This document shows, one piece after another, positions 51,590 through 60,732 of a stretch of DNA of 64,000 nucleotides (the first letter of the stretch is position 1; every line of letters starts with the position of its first letter). A program made the translations under genes and the position numbers. The DNA comes from Microcystis wesenbergii Mw_QC_B_20070930_S4 (GTDB lineage Bacteria; Cyanobacteriota; Cyanobacteriia; Cyanobacteriales; Microcystaceae): positions 15,666 to 79,665 of the forward strand of contig SFAQ01000031.1 of the NCBI GenBank assembly GCA_007096525.1, in the 5' to 3' direction. The notes below the pieces were generated by a model that saw only the letters and a program-made list of their open reading frames with translations, searched no databases and was not told the DNA's origin.

Positions 51590-51762
51590 ATCAGTTATCA
51601 GTTATCAGTTATCAGTTATCAGTTATCAGTTATCAGTGGGGTGTGGGGTGTGGGGTGTGGGGTGTGGGGTGTGGAAAGAATAAATAAAAATAATCTCCTG
51701 TCTCCTGAATACTGTCTCCTGTCTCCTGAATACTGTCTCCTGTCTCCTGAATACTGTCTCCT
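51590..51762. repeat. Stacked tandem repeats: TCAGTTA x7, GGGGTGT x5, and a 21-bp unit CTCCTGTCTCCTGAATACTGT x3
   Basis: Read directly in the intergenic region. Confidence 0.9.
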
Positions 51763-51828
51763 GACGACGGACGACCGACCGCTGCCCGATCATAAAAAAG
51801 ACAATTTGGAGATATTTGTTAAGAAAAA

Positions 51829-53313
51829 TTATTGAGATTTTTTATTAGTTTTCGAGGTATCTTCGGCTCCTTCGGGGAGATCGATAAAGACCTTTTCTCC
51901 GGCTTCCAAACCTGATAAAATTTGAGTTTTATCGTCTAAGACTAAACCGATCGAAACGGGTTTAAAACTGGGTTTATTTGCGGCATCGGGAACTAAAACC
52001 CCTGACTTGCCTTCCCGGGTGACAATGGCGACAGTCGGCACGACGAGGGCATTATCTAACTGCTGGCCGACAAAAGTTACATCCACATTCATTTTCGATT
52101 TGAGTTTGTCCCGTCCCGTCACCAAACCGATTCTCACTTCAAAAGAAGTAACATTATCCTCGATAATTGCTTCAGGAGCCACAAGAATAACTCGACCTTC
52201 AAAGACTTCTTCAGGAAAAGCATCGGCGACAATTCGCACGGGTTGGCCGCGCTGCAATAAACCCACATCTACTTCCGGCACTTTAGCAATCACTTCCAAT
52301 CCCGATGCTAGGGCGATAATCGAGGTGGAAGTGGCGGAAGCGGTACTAGAGGCCGAAGTGGTGGGAGTGACAAAAGAACCCTCGGTGGCGTATTTTTGGG
52401 TGACGATGCCATCAAAGGGAGCAGTAATGACCGTATCGCGGTATTGAATCTTGATTTGCTCTAAATTGGCCCTAGCGGCCGCTACAGATGATTCTAGTCG
52501 AGCAAGCTCCGTTTCTTGGGTTTTTTGGCGTTGTTCGAGGGCAAATTTGGCTTCTGCGATCGCTGCTGCCGCTCCTATCATTTCCTGCTCAATTCCGGCC
52601 ACTTCTGGGGAAGCGGTTTTATCTGCTTGTTCCAAACGGCGGATCGATTCCTCTAAATTGGCTTTGGCGTTGAGATATTCATTGAGGACGGCATCAAATT
52701 GGTCTTGAGCGATCGCCCCTTCCCGGACTAAATTTTCATTGCGTTTAATCCGATTTTCTGCTAGTCGAAAACGGGATTGGGCTGCTTGTACCTGAGCTTG
52801 CAGTTGGTCTAAATCTTTGGGAATTCTTTCTTTGGCCTGAGCTAAACGGGCTTCTAATTGCTTATAACTGGCCTGGGCTTGATAAAATCGGGCTTGTAAT
52901 TGGCGGATATCTTCGGGAATGCTGCGTTTAGCCTGTTCCAGATTGGCTAGAGCTTCCCGCAGACGCGCTTCTGACTGCATCCCCTGGGCATACACCTCTA
53001 AATTATCCATGACGGCGAGGGTTTGTCCCCTTTTAACGATCATGCCCTGATCCACCAATAATCGCACTAATCGGCCGGGGTTTTTCGGGCTAATGTTAAC
53101 ACTTTGGATTGGTTCCACCCTACCACTAGCTTTAATTTCCACAGCGAGGGTTTCTCGTTGAGCAGGAACGGTCATTTTCGCCAATTCTAGGGCAGGAGGA
53201 GGTGTTTGCAGTAAGCGATAAGAAATCACTCCCACCGCCAGAAAACCACTAGCCATGAGTCCGAATATCCAAAATAGGGGGCGATTTGATTTTCCCAACA
53301 CGGTTATTGCCAT
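51829..53313 (-). CDS. HlyD/MacA-type periplasmic adaptor
   Basis: N-terminal TM, ISPKNPGR, long coiled coil, ITAPFDG. Confidence 0.9.
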   Translation of the reverse strand: MAITVLGKSNRPLFWIFGLMASGFLAVGVISYRLLQTPPPALELAKMTVPAQRETLAVEIKASGRVEPIQSVNISPKNPGRLVRLLVDQGMIVKRGQTLAVMDNLEVYAQGMQSEARLREALANLEQAKRSIPEDIRQLQARFYQAQASYKQLEARLAQAKERIPKDLDQLQAQVQAAQSRFRLAENRIKRNENLVREGAIAQDQFDAVLNEYLNAKANLEESIRRLEQADKTASPEVAGIEQEMIGAAAAIAEAKFALEQRQKTQETELARLESSVAAARANLEQIKIQYRDTVITAPFDGIVTQKYATEGSFVTPTTSASSTASATSTSIIALASGLEVIAKVPEVDVGLLQRGQPVRIVADAFPEEVFEGRVILVAPEAIIEDNVTSFEVRIGLVTGRDKLKSKMNVDVTFVGQQLDNALVVPTVAIVTREGKSGVLVPDAANKPSFKPVSIGLVLDDKTQILSGLEAGEKVFIDLPEGAEDTSKTNKKSQ

Positions 53314-53435
53314 CGATCAGCCAAAAGTTAATTGGTTATATACTAACGTCTCTAGAGCTGCCTTTGTTGTTTCTTTAGCCAACAACTCCCAAGCGAGATA
53401 GACTGATTAAAAAAGGCCTATCGCGGGGGTAAACT

Positions 53436-54317
53436 GTGCCAAAACTTCAATTAATCGTTTCTTTGCTCATTTTTTTCGTTGCTGGCAGCCCGCCGGCTTT
53501 TTCCCAAGCGCTACTCCCCTACGCCATCGAACCGGAGTTAGAACAGATGGAACAAGCGGGAATTGAAATGGCCGAAGATGCCATCCAATTAGCTCGTTTT
53601 CGCCGTACCGATGCAGCCCTCGCACGGGCTAAGTTAGCGGTGCAGTTAGCCCCCCATCTCTATCAAACTTGGTTTATTCTCGGTAGTTTATATCTGCAAG
53701 ACGATCAGGTACAACTCGGTATCGAGGCATTAAATCAATCTTTGTCCCTTGCTCCCGCCGATGCCCACGCTAATATTAAATTTTCCCTCGGTAGTGCTTA
53801 TTTTCAGAATCAAGATTACAAGTCTGCTATTGCCCAGATTGAAGCGGGTTTGCAAATGAAACCCGATATCTCCCCCGCTCTTTTTGATCTCGGTAATTCC
53901 TATCTCAAGTTAGCACAATATCCTGCCGCGATAGCAGCTTACGAAAAGGCTGTTAGTCAAGATAAAGATTTTTGGCCGGCTATTAATAATATTGGTTTAG
54001 TTAAATACGAACAGGGTGATAAGGAAGCAGCCCTTAAAGATTGGCGCGCCGCTTTGAAAATCGATCCTAAACAGGCGGAACCTCAGTTAGCTATTGCGGT
54101 GGCTATTTATAGTCAAGGAAAAACTGAGGAGGGCATCAAATTAGCTCAGGCCGCTCTCACTAGCGATAGTCGTTATGTCAGTCTGAAATTTTTGGGGGAA
54201 AATCTCTGGGGCCAACGTCTTCTGCAAGATACGGAGAAGATGTTTAATCATCCTAAAATGAAAGATTTTATCGCTCGTTTACCAAAACCAATCCCAGAAG
54301 CGGAGGAAGAAAATTAA
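53436..54317 (+). CDS. TPR-repeat protein with signal peptide
   Basis: Repeated LG..Y / A...Y..A helical motifs. Confidence 0.85.
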   Translation: MPKLQLIVSLLIFFVAGSPPAFSQALLPYAIEPELEQMEQAGIEMAEDAIQLARFRRTDAALARAKLAVQLAPHLYQTWFILGSLYLQDDQVQLGIEALNQSLSLAPADAHANIKFSLGSAYFQNQDYKSAIAQIEAGLQMKPDISPALFDLGNSYLKLAQYPAAIAAYEKAVSQDKDFWPAINNIGLVKYEQGDKEAALKDWRAALKIDPKQAEPQLAIAVAIYSQGKTEEGIKLAQAALTSDSRYVSLKFLGENLWGQRLLQDTEKMFNHPKMKDFIARLPKPIPEAEEEN

Positions 54318-54322
54318 GCTTA

Positions 54323-54440
54323 TAGAACCTATTTGGTATCTCTCTTGTGACGCTTCACGGGTAAGAATTACAGGTATTTTGGCTAATTCGCTCTAATCCA
54401 TACTGGGTAAGGATTTTGGGAAAGATACCAAATGGACTCT
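54323..54440. mobile_element. 118-bp MITE with an 8-bp target-site duplication
   Basis: TIRs TAGAACCTATTTGGTATCT / AGATACCAAATGGACTCTA; TAAGCTTA on both flanks. Confidence 0.82.
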
Positions 54441-54574
54441 ATAAGCTTATAAGCTGCCCGCTCATTTAAATTGCTGGTTGAGATGAGGCACTCTTGCAAG
54501 AGGGAACCCCCCAACCCCCTAGCGGGGGAGATTCAGCTAATCTAAGGATAGGCGGTTAAAATGCGTCTTAGCTT

Positions 54575-54642
54575 AAAACCCCACACCCCACACCCCACAC
54601 CCTACACCCTACCCCTAGGAAAAACTTTTTCAGCCAACCCTA
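54575..54642. mobile_element. Single end of the 8011/9272 MITE family
   Basis: CCCCACA repeats followed by GAAAAACTTTTTCAGCCAACCCTA. Confidence 0.65.
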
Positions 54643-55827
54643 ATTAGGATAAACTCGCCCTTTCCAACTTCCCCCTTGGCCGCGCCAATAACCCAGGGCA
54701 GAATCCACAGTCATTAAACTATAAAAGAGGGCAATTAGGGGTAAAGTTAAAGCCCGCAGGGGGGATAATTTATATAGTCTTAAAGTCGGGCTATAGGAGA
54801 GGGCCATTAGTAATAAGGTGACGGTGCTAATTATCATAATTGATGTTTCTTTTAATACCAATCCCCAGATTAAGCCCAAGGGGGCGGCTAAATAGGTTAA
54901 AAACATCCCGAAAACTGTCCCGATTAACCAAAGTGTTGAGTAATTAAGTTGTGTAAAGGCGGTGCGGGCTACCATATTCCAAATGCTGGCTAAATCGGGA
55001 TAGGGACGGAGACTATAGGTGGTTTCTGTTAATCCTAACCAGATGGATTGCTCAGGATTTTCGGGGTGATTTTGCAGATATTTTTTAACCACAATCGCCA
55101 AGGAACAATCATCAATTAAAGCTTGTTTAAGAATCTCAATACCGCCAATTTTTTCTAGGATATCTCGGCGAATTAAAATGCAGCCTCCAGCAGCCGCTGC
55201 TATAGGGGAATTAGGGTTATTAACTAGGGGAAAAGGATAGAGTTTCTCGAAGAAAAAAACAAAGGCAGGAATGAGGAATTTTTCCCAAAAACTGTCACAG
55301 TTTAGCCACACCATCAGGGAAACTAAAGCTTGTTTTTCTTGTACTGCTTTAGTAACTAATTGGGTTAAATTATCTGGTGCGTGGGCAATATCGGCATCGG
55401 TAAACAGAAAATAATCGGGTGCGAATTTCTCGGTAGCCTCTGTTATTCCCTGTTTCATTGCCCATAATTTACCCGTCCATCCCATCTCTAAAGCTTGTCC
55501 AGAAATAATAGTTATCTGGTCAGATTTATGAGATTTATCGGCAATTTTTTGGGCAACTTTTCCCGTGTCATCACTGCTTTGATCGTCAATTAAAATAATC
55601 GAAAATTCGCCTTGATAATCTTGGTTAAAGAGGGAGGTTAAACTGATAGGTAAAACGTCGGCTTCGTTTCTCGCTGGGATAATTGCCGAGACTTTTGGAT
55701 AATTTGTTAAAGGAGAAGTGACAGGATTAATTTTTTGGTTAGATAGCCAAAATTGTCCCCTGGCTAAGATTAAATATAACCAAATTATCAGCGATAGGGA
55801 AGTAACTAATAATAATAAAAATGTCAT
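54640..55827 (-). CDS. hpnB: GT2 glycosyltransferase, hopanoid-associated HpnB-like
   Basis: IIPARNEA, DDQSSD, GWTGKLWAM, FTDADI, AAAGGCILI, LIDDC. Confidence 0.75.
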   Translation of the reverse strand: MTFLLLLVTSLSLIIWLYLILARGQFWLSNQKINPVTSPLTNYPKVSAIIPARNEADVLPISLTSLFNQDYQGEFSIILIDDQSSDDTGKVAQKIADKSHKSDQITIISGQALEMGWTGKLWAMKQGITEATEKFAPDYFLFTDADIAHAPDNLTQLVTKAVQEKQALVSLMVWLNCDSFWEKFLIPAFVFFFEKLYPFPLVNNPNSPIAAAAGGCILIRRDILEKIGGIEILKQALIDDCSLAIVVKKYLQNHPENPEQSIWLGLTETTYSLRPYPDLASIWNMVARTAFTQLNYSTLWLIGTVFGMFLTYLAAPLGLIWGLVLKETSIMIISTVTLLLMALSYSPTLRLYKLSPLRALTLPLIALFYSLMTVDSALGYWRGQGGSWKGRVYPN

Positions 55828-55874
55828 AAGCTGGTGGCCTTTCGATGAGGGAATAGGGAACAGGTTAAAAAGAG

Positions 55875-55994
55875 TAAGTAGGTAGGTGTTGAAAACTTTC
55901 AGATCCCCCCGCCTATCGGCACCCCCCTTATTAAGGGGGGCAGGGGGGATCGAACCTAAAATCCATTTTTAATTTAATTATAATCAGCTACTTA
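55875..55994. repeat. Dispersed repeat with a CCCCCTTATTAAGGGGG palindromic core
   Basis: Short TIRs TAAGTAG / CTACTTA around the palindrome. Confidence 0.65.
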
Positions 55995-56089
55995 TCAAAT
56001 TTAGATGGACAACAGCTTCATAAGTTTGGGGTTTAACAGAGGGCAATTTAGGGTAAAATAGAAGCAAGTTAGCAAGATTAGGCGAGGGG

Positions 56090-57319
56090 GTGATCATGGA
56101 TTATGATGTAGTAATTATTGGGGGAGGACCAGCGGGAGGTCACTGTGGCAGATTATTAAGTGAAAAAGGTTATCGTGTTCTTTTAGTGGAACAACATTCC
56201 AGTTGGCAAGATAATAACTTTTCTAGTGCCGCTTCTCCCCTAGAAATTTTAGAACAATTCAATCTCCCCGAAACCGTAGTGGCTAGGTTTTGGAAAAATA
56301 TCGAAATCATCTCCACTAGCATACATCGTTCTTGGTCATCACCGCAACCTTTAGGGGTAGTTTTTGATTTTGCCAAATTGCGAGAGTTTTTAGCCGCAGA
56401 AGTGCTGCGTTGGGGGGGAGAAGTTCGTTTAGGTTGTCGTTATCTGAAATATCAACAGATGGAGAATAAGCTAACTGTTTTCTTGAAATCAAAAGGAGAA
56501 AAAATCGAGACAGTTAATACTCGTTTATTGGTTGATGCCACGGGATATGCTAGAGCAGTTATGTATAAACATAGACGAGAAAAACCTGATTTTTTAAAAG
56601 CAGTGGGCATTGAATATTTAATTACAGTACCAGAACAATTTTATCAAAAATATCAAGATAATTTAGTATTTTTTCTCGGTCATAAATGGAGTCCTAAAGG
56701 TTATGGCTGGATTTTTCCTATGGATAATCAGCAATTAAAAATAGGAGCCGCTTGGTTAGAGGGAGAACATCCTTATATTTCTGAAGTTAAGCCTTTAAAA
56801 AGTTATATTACACAAATTATGCAAACCTACATGAATCTCTCTAATTATGATATAATTGACAGCCATGGTTCTATTTTAGAATATTCGCTCAATCTGCAAG
56901 ATATTTATTATCAAGAACCGAATATTATAGCGATTGGTGATGCGGTTTCTACGGTTAACTTTTTAGGAGGGGAAGGTATTCGCCATGCTATGAAAGGAGC
57001 CGAAATTGCTTGTCAATACATGGAAGAATATTTACAGGGAAAATCGAGGAGTTTTACCGCTTATCAACAGAGAATGCAAGAATATTTTCAACCAAAATGG
57101 AATTTATCTGATCGCCTCAGTCGCCAAGTTTATTTAGAATATAGTGATGCGCGTATTGATCAAGGAGTAGCCTATCTCAAGTATCTTTCTACCCAGGATA
57201 TAATCGACATTTTATTTTACTACAAATTTGAAAAATACACAAAAGGGTTAGGAGGATTTCTGCTGGGGAAATTACGTCAATGGTGGCGCAAAATTTTCCC
57301 TAGTCAAAAACCTGAGTAA
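56090..57319 (+). CDS. FAD-dependent oxidoreductase (geranylgeranyl-reductase-like)
   Basis: GGGPAG, VDATG, GYGWIFP, IGDAV..VN..GGEGI. Confidence 0.85.
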   Translation: MIMDYDVVIIGGGPAGGHCGRLLSEKGYRVLLVEQHSSWQDNNFSSAASPLEILEQFNLPETVVARFWKNIEIISTSIHRSWSSPQPLGVVFDFAKLREFLAAEVLRWGGEVRLGCRYLKYQQMENKLTVFLKSKGEKIETVNTRLLVDATGYARAVMYKHRREKPDFLKAVGIEYLITVPEQFYQKYQDNLVFFLGHKWSPKGYGWIFPMDNQQLKIGAAWLEGEHPYISEVKPLKSYITQIMQTYMNLSNYDIIDSHGSILEYSLNLQDIYYQEPNIIAIGDAVSTVNFLGGEGIRHAMKGAEIACQYMEEYLQGKSRSFTAYQQRMQEYFQPKWNLSDRLSRQVYLEYSDARIDQGVAYLKYLSTQDIIDILFYYKFEKYTKGLGGFLLGKLRQWWRKIFPSQKPE

Positions 57320-57349
57320 ATAAGCTAGGATAAAGCTAAGGAAACAATA

Positions 57350-58576
57350 TTGGTAAAGACCGTGAGTAAGTTTATTCGCTACAGTACAATTATCACCCTG
57401 CTGGGCATTTTAGCAGCCTGTAGTGGCAATCCTGTCCTAGAAAATCGTCTGGCTGCCGATCCTAATCTACAAACAAATCCCATACCAGAAAACTCTCCTA
57501 ATAACAAGCAATTACCCGCAAACTTTCCCGCAGAAATTCCTCGATATAGTCAATCAGAATTATTATCCGTGCAGACAAATTCTGATAATAATGGTGGGCA
57601 AACCCGTTGGCAATCCAACGATCCCAGCAATGCGATCGAGGCTTTTTATCAACAGGAATTAGTTAATAATAATTGGGAAATTGTCACTCCCTTTTCTGGG
57701 GAAGGAGTCAATAGTACCCTAACGGCCCGTCGAGATAATTTAGAGTTAACTATCACCATAACTGCCACTTCTCCCAATACCGAATATAGCCTCGATTATC
57801 GTCCAACGGGAACTCCGATTGCGTCCCCTAGTCCCTCCCCTAGTCCCTCCCCTAGTCCCTCCCTTATTCCCTCCCCGTTACCCAATCTTAATCCCACCAG
57901 TTTTAACGATCTCGAATCCTTACCTAATCCCTTAAAGAGCCATATTCAAGACTTAGCTAGATTAGGAGTATTAACAGGTAATAACAATCAGTTTAACCCT
58001 AATAATACAATAACACGCCGAGAATTTGCTCGCTGGTTATTACAGGCTAATAATGCCATTTATGCTAATGTAGCGGGTAAACAAATACGTTTAGCTACTC
58101 CCAATAGTTCCCCAGCTTTTAGTGATGTTAAAAATAACGATCCCGATTATATTTATATTCAAGGATTAGCGGAAGCTGGGTTAATTCCCTCTCCTTTAAC
58201 CGGAGATAGTAGCGCCCTTTTATTCCGTCCCAATGCTCCTTTAACCCGGGAAGATTTAATCGCTTGGAAAGTGCCATTAGATATCAGAAAAGCTTTACCG
58301 AGCGCCAATCTTGATACAATTAAAAATACCTGGGGTTTTCAGGATACTAATAAAATTAACCCGCAGCTGGTGCGCGCCCTTTATGCCGATTTTCAAAATG
58401 CCGAACAAGCCAATATTCGGCGAGTTTTTGGTTTTACTACCCTATTTCAGCCAAAAAGACCAGTAACTCGCGCTGAAGCTGCCGCTACTTTATGGTATTT
58501 TGGTTTTCAAGGTGATGGTGTTTCCGCTGCCGATGCCGTACAAGGTCAAGAGCCGCAACAGAGTGGGGTTAATTAA
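57350..58576 (+). CDS. SLH-domain lipoprotein with a Ser-Pro linker
   Basis: Lipobox LAAC, (SP)n from a 12-bp repeat, FNPNNTITRREFA and FQPKRPVTRAEAA. Confidence 0.85.
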   Translation: MVKTVSKFIRYSTIITLLGILAACSGNPVLENRLAADPNLQTNPIPENSPNNKQLPANFPAEIPRYSQSELLSVQTNSDNNGGQTRWQSNDPSNAIEAFYQQELVNNNWEIVTPFSGEGVNSTLTARRDNLELTITITATSPNTEYSLDYRPTGTPIASPSPSPSPSPSPSLIPSPLPNLNPTSFNDLESLPNPLKSHIQDLARLGVLTGNNNQFNPNNTITRREFARWLLQANNAIYANVAGKQIRLATPNSSPAFSDVKNNDPDYIYIQGLAEAGLIPSPLTGDSSALLFRPNAPLTREDLIAWKVPLDIRKALPSANLDTIKNTWGFQDTNKINPQLVRALYADFQNAEQANIRRVFGFTTLFQPKRPVTRAEAAATLWYFGFQGDGVSAADAVQGQEPQQSGVN

Positions 58577-58578
58577 TA

Positions 58579-58765
58579 GGGATCATCCCACTTTTGCCAT
58601 AAGCAATTGTACTTAGATGCGAAATACTTATATGGCAAGCCTTTTCGGGAGTTCATAGATTTTCAACGGTTCTCGCGCATTGTGTGATTGGAACCAGAAT
58701 CGTTACTACAAAAGCCTTCTCACCTTTCTGAGCATTTATACTCATTACATAATTGGGATGCTCCC
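58579..58765. mobile_element. 187-bp MITE
   Basis: TIRs GGGATCATCCCACTT / AATTGGGATGCTCCC (13/15). Confidence 0.78.
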
Positions 58766-58786
58766 ATTCAACGTTGAGGAAATACC

Positions 58787-58984
58787 GTGAACATCAGCCT
58801 AGATCTACCTTCAGAGCCAGAGAATGAGTTATCAAGAAAATCCTCCTAAAACAGGGCTGGAGCCGGTTGCTTACTGGGAAAGTGTTGGGGTTATTGGCTC
58901 CCCACCTGATATTGCTGTTGGGCATAATGCAACCCTTGGCACTTTCAACGTGAAGCACTATCGAGTCATCCCAGGCTTGAGCAT
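58787..58984 (+). pseudogene. Collapsed, internally deleted copy of the vapBC locus at 59976-60708
   Basis: Three colinear blocks match 59954-60022, 60097-60173 and 60616-60686. Confidence 0.88.
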
Positions 58985-59018
58985 TGATTATGCTTGTGGA
59001 GTCCATCTGTTATCATCT

Positions 59019-59159
59019 TGGGTAGTTCTGTAAACGGAACTGCCCGGATGCACATCTGCCGGTATTACACAAGAGGAAGCTCTCAACAATATACAGGAAG
59101 CGATCGAGCTTTATTTACAACCCGACGCTATCGACTTCTACCCGGACAGTAATCCGTGA
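59019..59159 (+). pseudogene. HicB-family antitoxin relic
   Basis: WVVL*TELPGCTSAGITQEEALNNIQEAIELYLQPD; no start codon; in-frame stop. Confidence 0.72.
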
Positions 59160-59228
59160 GGTTATGGTGGGATGACTCGACTCGGGAGGTGGTAAAATAG
59201 TCCGATGCCTGTAAAACATTAACAAAAC

Positions 59229-59456
59229 ATGACTACTCTGTTGCAAAAAGCATTCACAGAAATCCAGAAACTGCCAGAGTCTCTTCAGGATGAACTTGCT
59301 CAACAATTGCTGGAAGACATTGAAAGTGAATTAAAATGGCAGCAAAGCCTTTCTAACGAAGATCTGGAATTGGGAGCTTTAATAACAATGGCACAGGAAG
59401 CCCTGATAGAAGAACAAGAGGGAAGAACAGAAGATAAAGGCTTTGGGGAAGAATGA
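59229..59456 (+). CDS. Type II TA antitoxin
   Basis: 75 aa acidic protein; ATGA overlap with the toxin. Confidence 0.78.
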   Translation: MTTLLQKAFTEIQKLPESLQDELAQQLLEDIESELKWQQSLSNEDLELGALITMAQEALIEEQEGRTEDKGFGEE

Positions 59457-59728
59457 AGTCAGCCAGAACCAAGAGGTTTCGTCAACTTTTTCTCAGTTTG
59501 CCGCAAAGGGTACAAGAAACAGCCAAGAAAAATTACGAGATTTGGCAAGAAAATCCATTTCACCCCAGCCTAGAGTTCAAAGAGGTGAAACCAAGAGAAA
59601 AAATCTGGTCAGTCAGAGTCGGCATTGGATGGCGAGCATTAGGGATTAAAAAGTCAGACGAAGAAAAGATAGTTTGGTTCTGGGTTGGGTCGCACTCCGA
59701 GTATGACAAGATTCTAGGTAAGAATTAG
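59453..59728 (+). CDS. RelE/ParE-like toxin
   Basis: NPFHPSLEFK, WSVRVGIGWRALG, WFWVGSHSEYD. Confidence 0.85.
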   Translation: MKSARTKRFRQLFLSLPQRVQETAKKNYEIWQENPFHPSLEFKEVKPREKIWSVRVGIGWRALGIKKSDEEKIVWFWVGSHSEYDKILGKN

Positions 59729-59733
59729 GAGCG

Positions 59734-59819
59734 ATCTAACCAATCACTGCACCCGACCGAGAGTTAGACTAATAATATTATTCAAGGTTGATGATAGCGG
59801 GTCAGTGCGATCGTTATCT
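59734..59819 (+). other. Integron attC recombination site (86 bp)
   Basis: R'' ATCTAAC, 5 nt, L'' ACTG(C)ACC with an extra base; L' GGTCAGT, 6 nt, R' GTTATCT; second unpaired base after CCCG. Confidence 0.78.
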
Positions 59820-59881
59820 GTAAATATTCTCATTTTCAAGGTTTAATTGGGCGATAACTCTATCAATTAAATCACAGCCCT
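59812..59881 (-). repeat. Diverged duplicate of the dusB 3' end
   Basis: 65/70 identical to 60725-60794; encodes GCDLIDRVIAQLNLENENIYR*. Confidence 0.92.
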
Positions 59882-59975
59882 AGGCTGGTTTGACCCAAGG
59901 AAACCCAACCCCTTCGTTTAACTGAATATATTCCGATATAATCAAAGACAGGTCATTGAACGTTGAGGAAATACC

Positions 59976-60320
59976 GTGAACATCAGCCTAGATTTACCTT
60001 CAGAGCTAGAGAATGAGTTATCTGCAGAAGCTTCTCATCTCAAATTGCCTTTATCAGAGTATATTCTGCGTGTTCTCTCCTTTCGCCCTTTTCTTCAAAA
60101 TCCTCCTAAAACAGGGCTGGAGCTAGTTGCTTATTGGGAAAGCGTTGGGGTTATTGGCTCCCGACCTGATATTATCGATAGTCAGGAGCAGGCAACAACT
60201 ACTAATACTATTAATAAGATAATCCATGCAACAACATCTACGACCCGACCTGATATTATCGATAGTCAGGAGCAGGCAAGCAAATTGCGCCATGAAGCTG
60301 AAACCCGTGAGCGGGCTTAG
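59976..60320 (+). CDS. VapB-like antitoxin carrying an in-frame 84-bp insertion
   Basis: GTG start after GAGG, TATAAT upstream, directly before a PIN toxin; RPDIIDSQEQA occurs twice. Confidence 0.78.
   Translation: MNISLDLPSELENELSAEASHLKLPLSEYILRVLSFRPFLQNPPKTGLELVAYWESVGVIGSRPDIIDSQEQATTTNTINKIIHATTSTTRPDIIDSQEQASKLRHEAETRERA
60160..60279. repeat. Exact 36-bp direct repeat flanking a 48-bp unique spacer
   Basis: CCCGACCTGATATTATCGATAGTCAGGAGCAGGCAA at 60160-60195 and 60244-60279. Confidence 0.95.
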
Positions 60321-60327
60321 GTAGTAA

Positions 60328-60708
60328 ATGTACCTTGTCGATACTGATGTCATGATTGATATTCAGCGGGGTTATGAGCCTGCAATCGCTTGGTTTGCCT
60401 CTCTCCCAGAACTGCCGAGTATCTCTGGCTTTGTTGTGATGGAGTTGATTCAGGATGCTCAGAACCAGCAACAGGTTCGTCGAGTCCTACAGCTTGTAAA
60501 ACCGTTACCCATTGTTTGGCCTACTGAAGCTGACTGTACCCGTGCTTTATCTGACTTTACGACTTACCATCTGTCTCATAAAGTTGGACTGATTGATGCC
60601 TTAATTGCCGCTTCTGCCGTTGGGCATAATGCAACCCTTTGCACTTTCAACGTGAAGCACTATCGAGTCATCCCGGGCCTGCGCATGGAGCAACCCTATA
60701 GTCGCTGA
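60328..60708 (+). CDS. VapC/PIN-domain toxin
   Basis: YLVDTDVMID, MEL, GLIDALIAA, TFNVKHY. Confidence 0.9.
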   Translation: MYLVDTDVMIDIQRGYEPAIAWFASLPELPSISGFVVMELIQDAQNQQQVRRVLQLVKPLPIVWPTEADCTRALSDFTTYHLSHKVGLIDALIAASAVGHNATLCTFNVKHYRVIPGLRMEQPYSR

Positions 60709-60712
60709 AGTA

Positions 60713-60732
60713 GCCTAACCCCAACGTTATCT
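60713..60732 (+). other. Collapsed attC relic
   Basis: GCCTAAC (RYYYAAC) 4 nt after the vapC stop, joined via CCCAAC directly to GTTATCT at the dusB stop. Confidence 0.5.

Noticed and set aside
51690-51762. 21-bp tandem repeat as CRISPR or a coding repeat (ORF 51641-51835)
   Set aside because: No spacers; built from common heptamer motifs; the ORF is a repeat artefact
60160-60279. Calling this a functional CRISPR array
   Set aside because: Only two repeats, inside a CDS, with no leader or cas genes in the window; kept as a scar hypothesis
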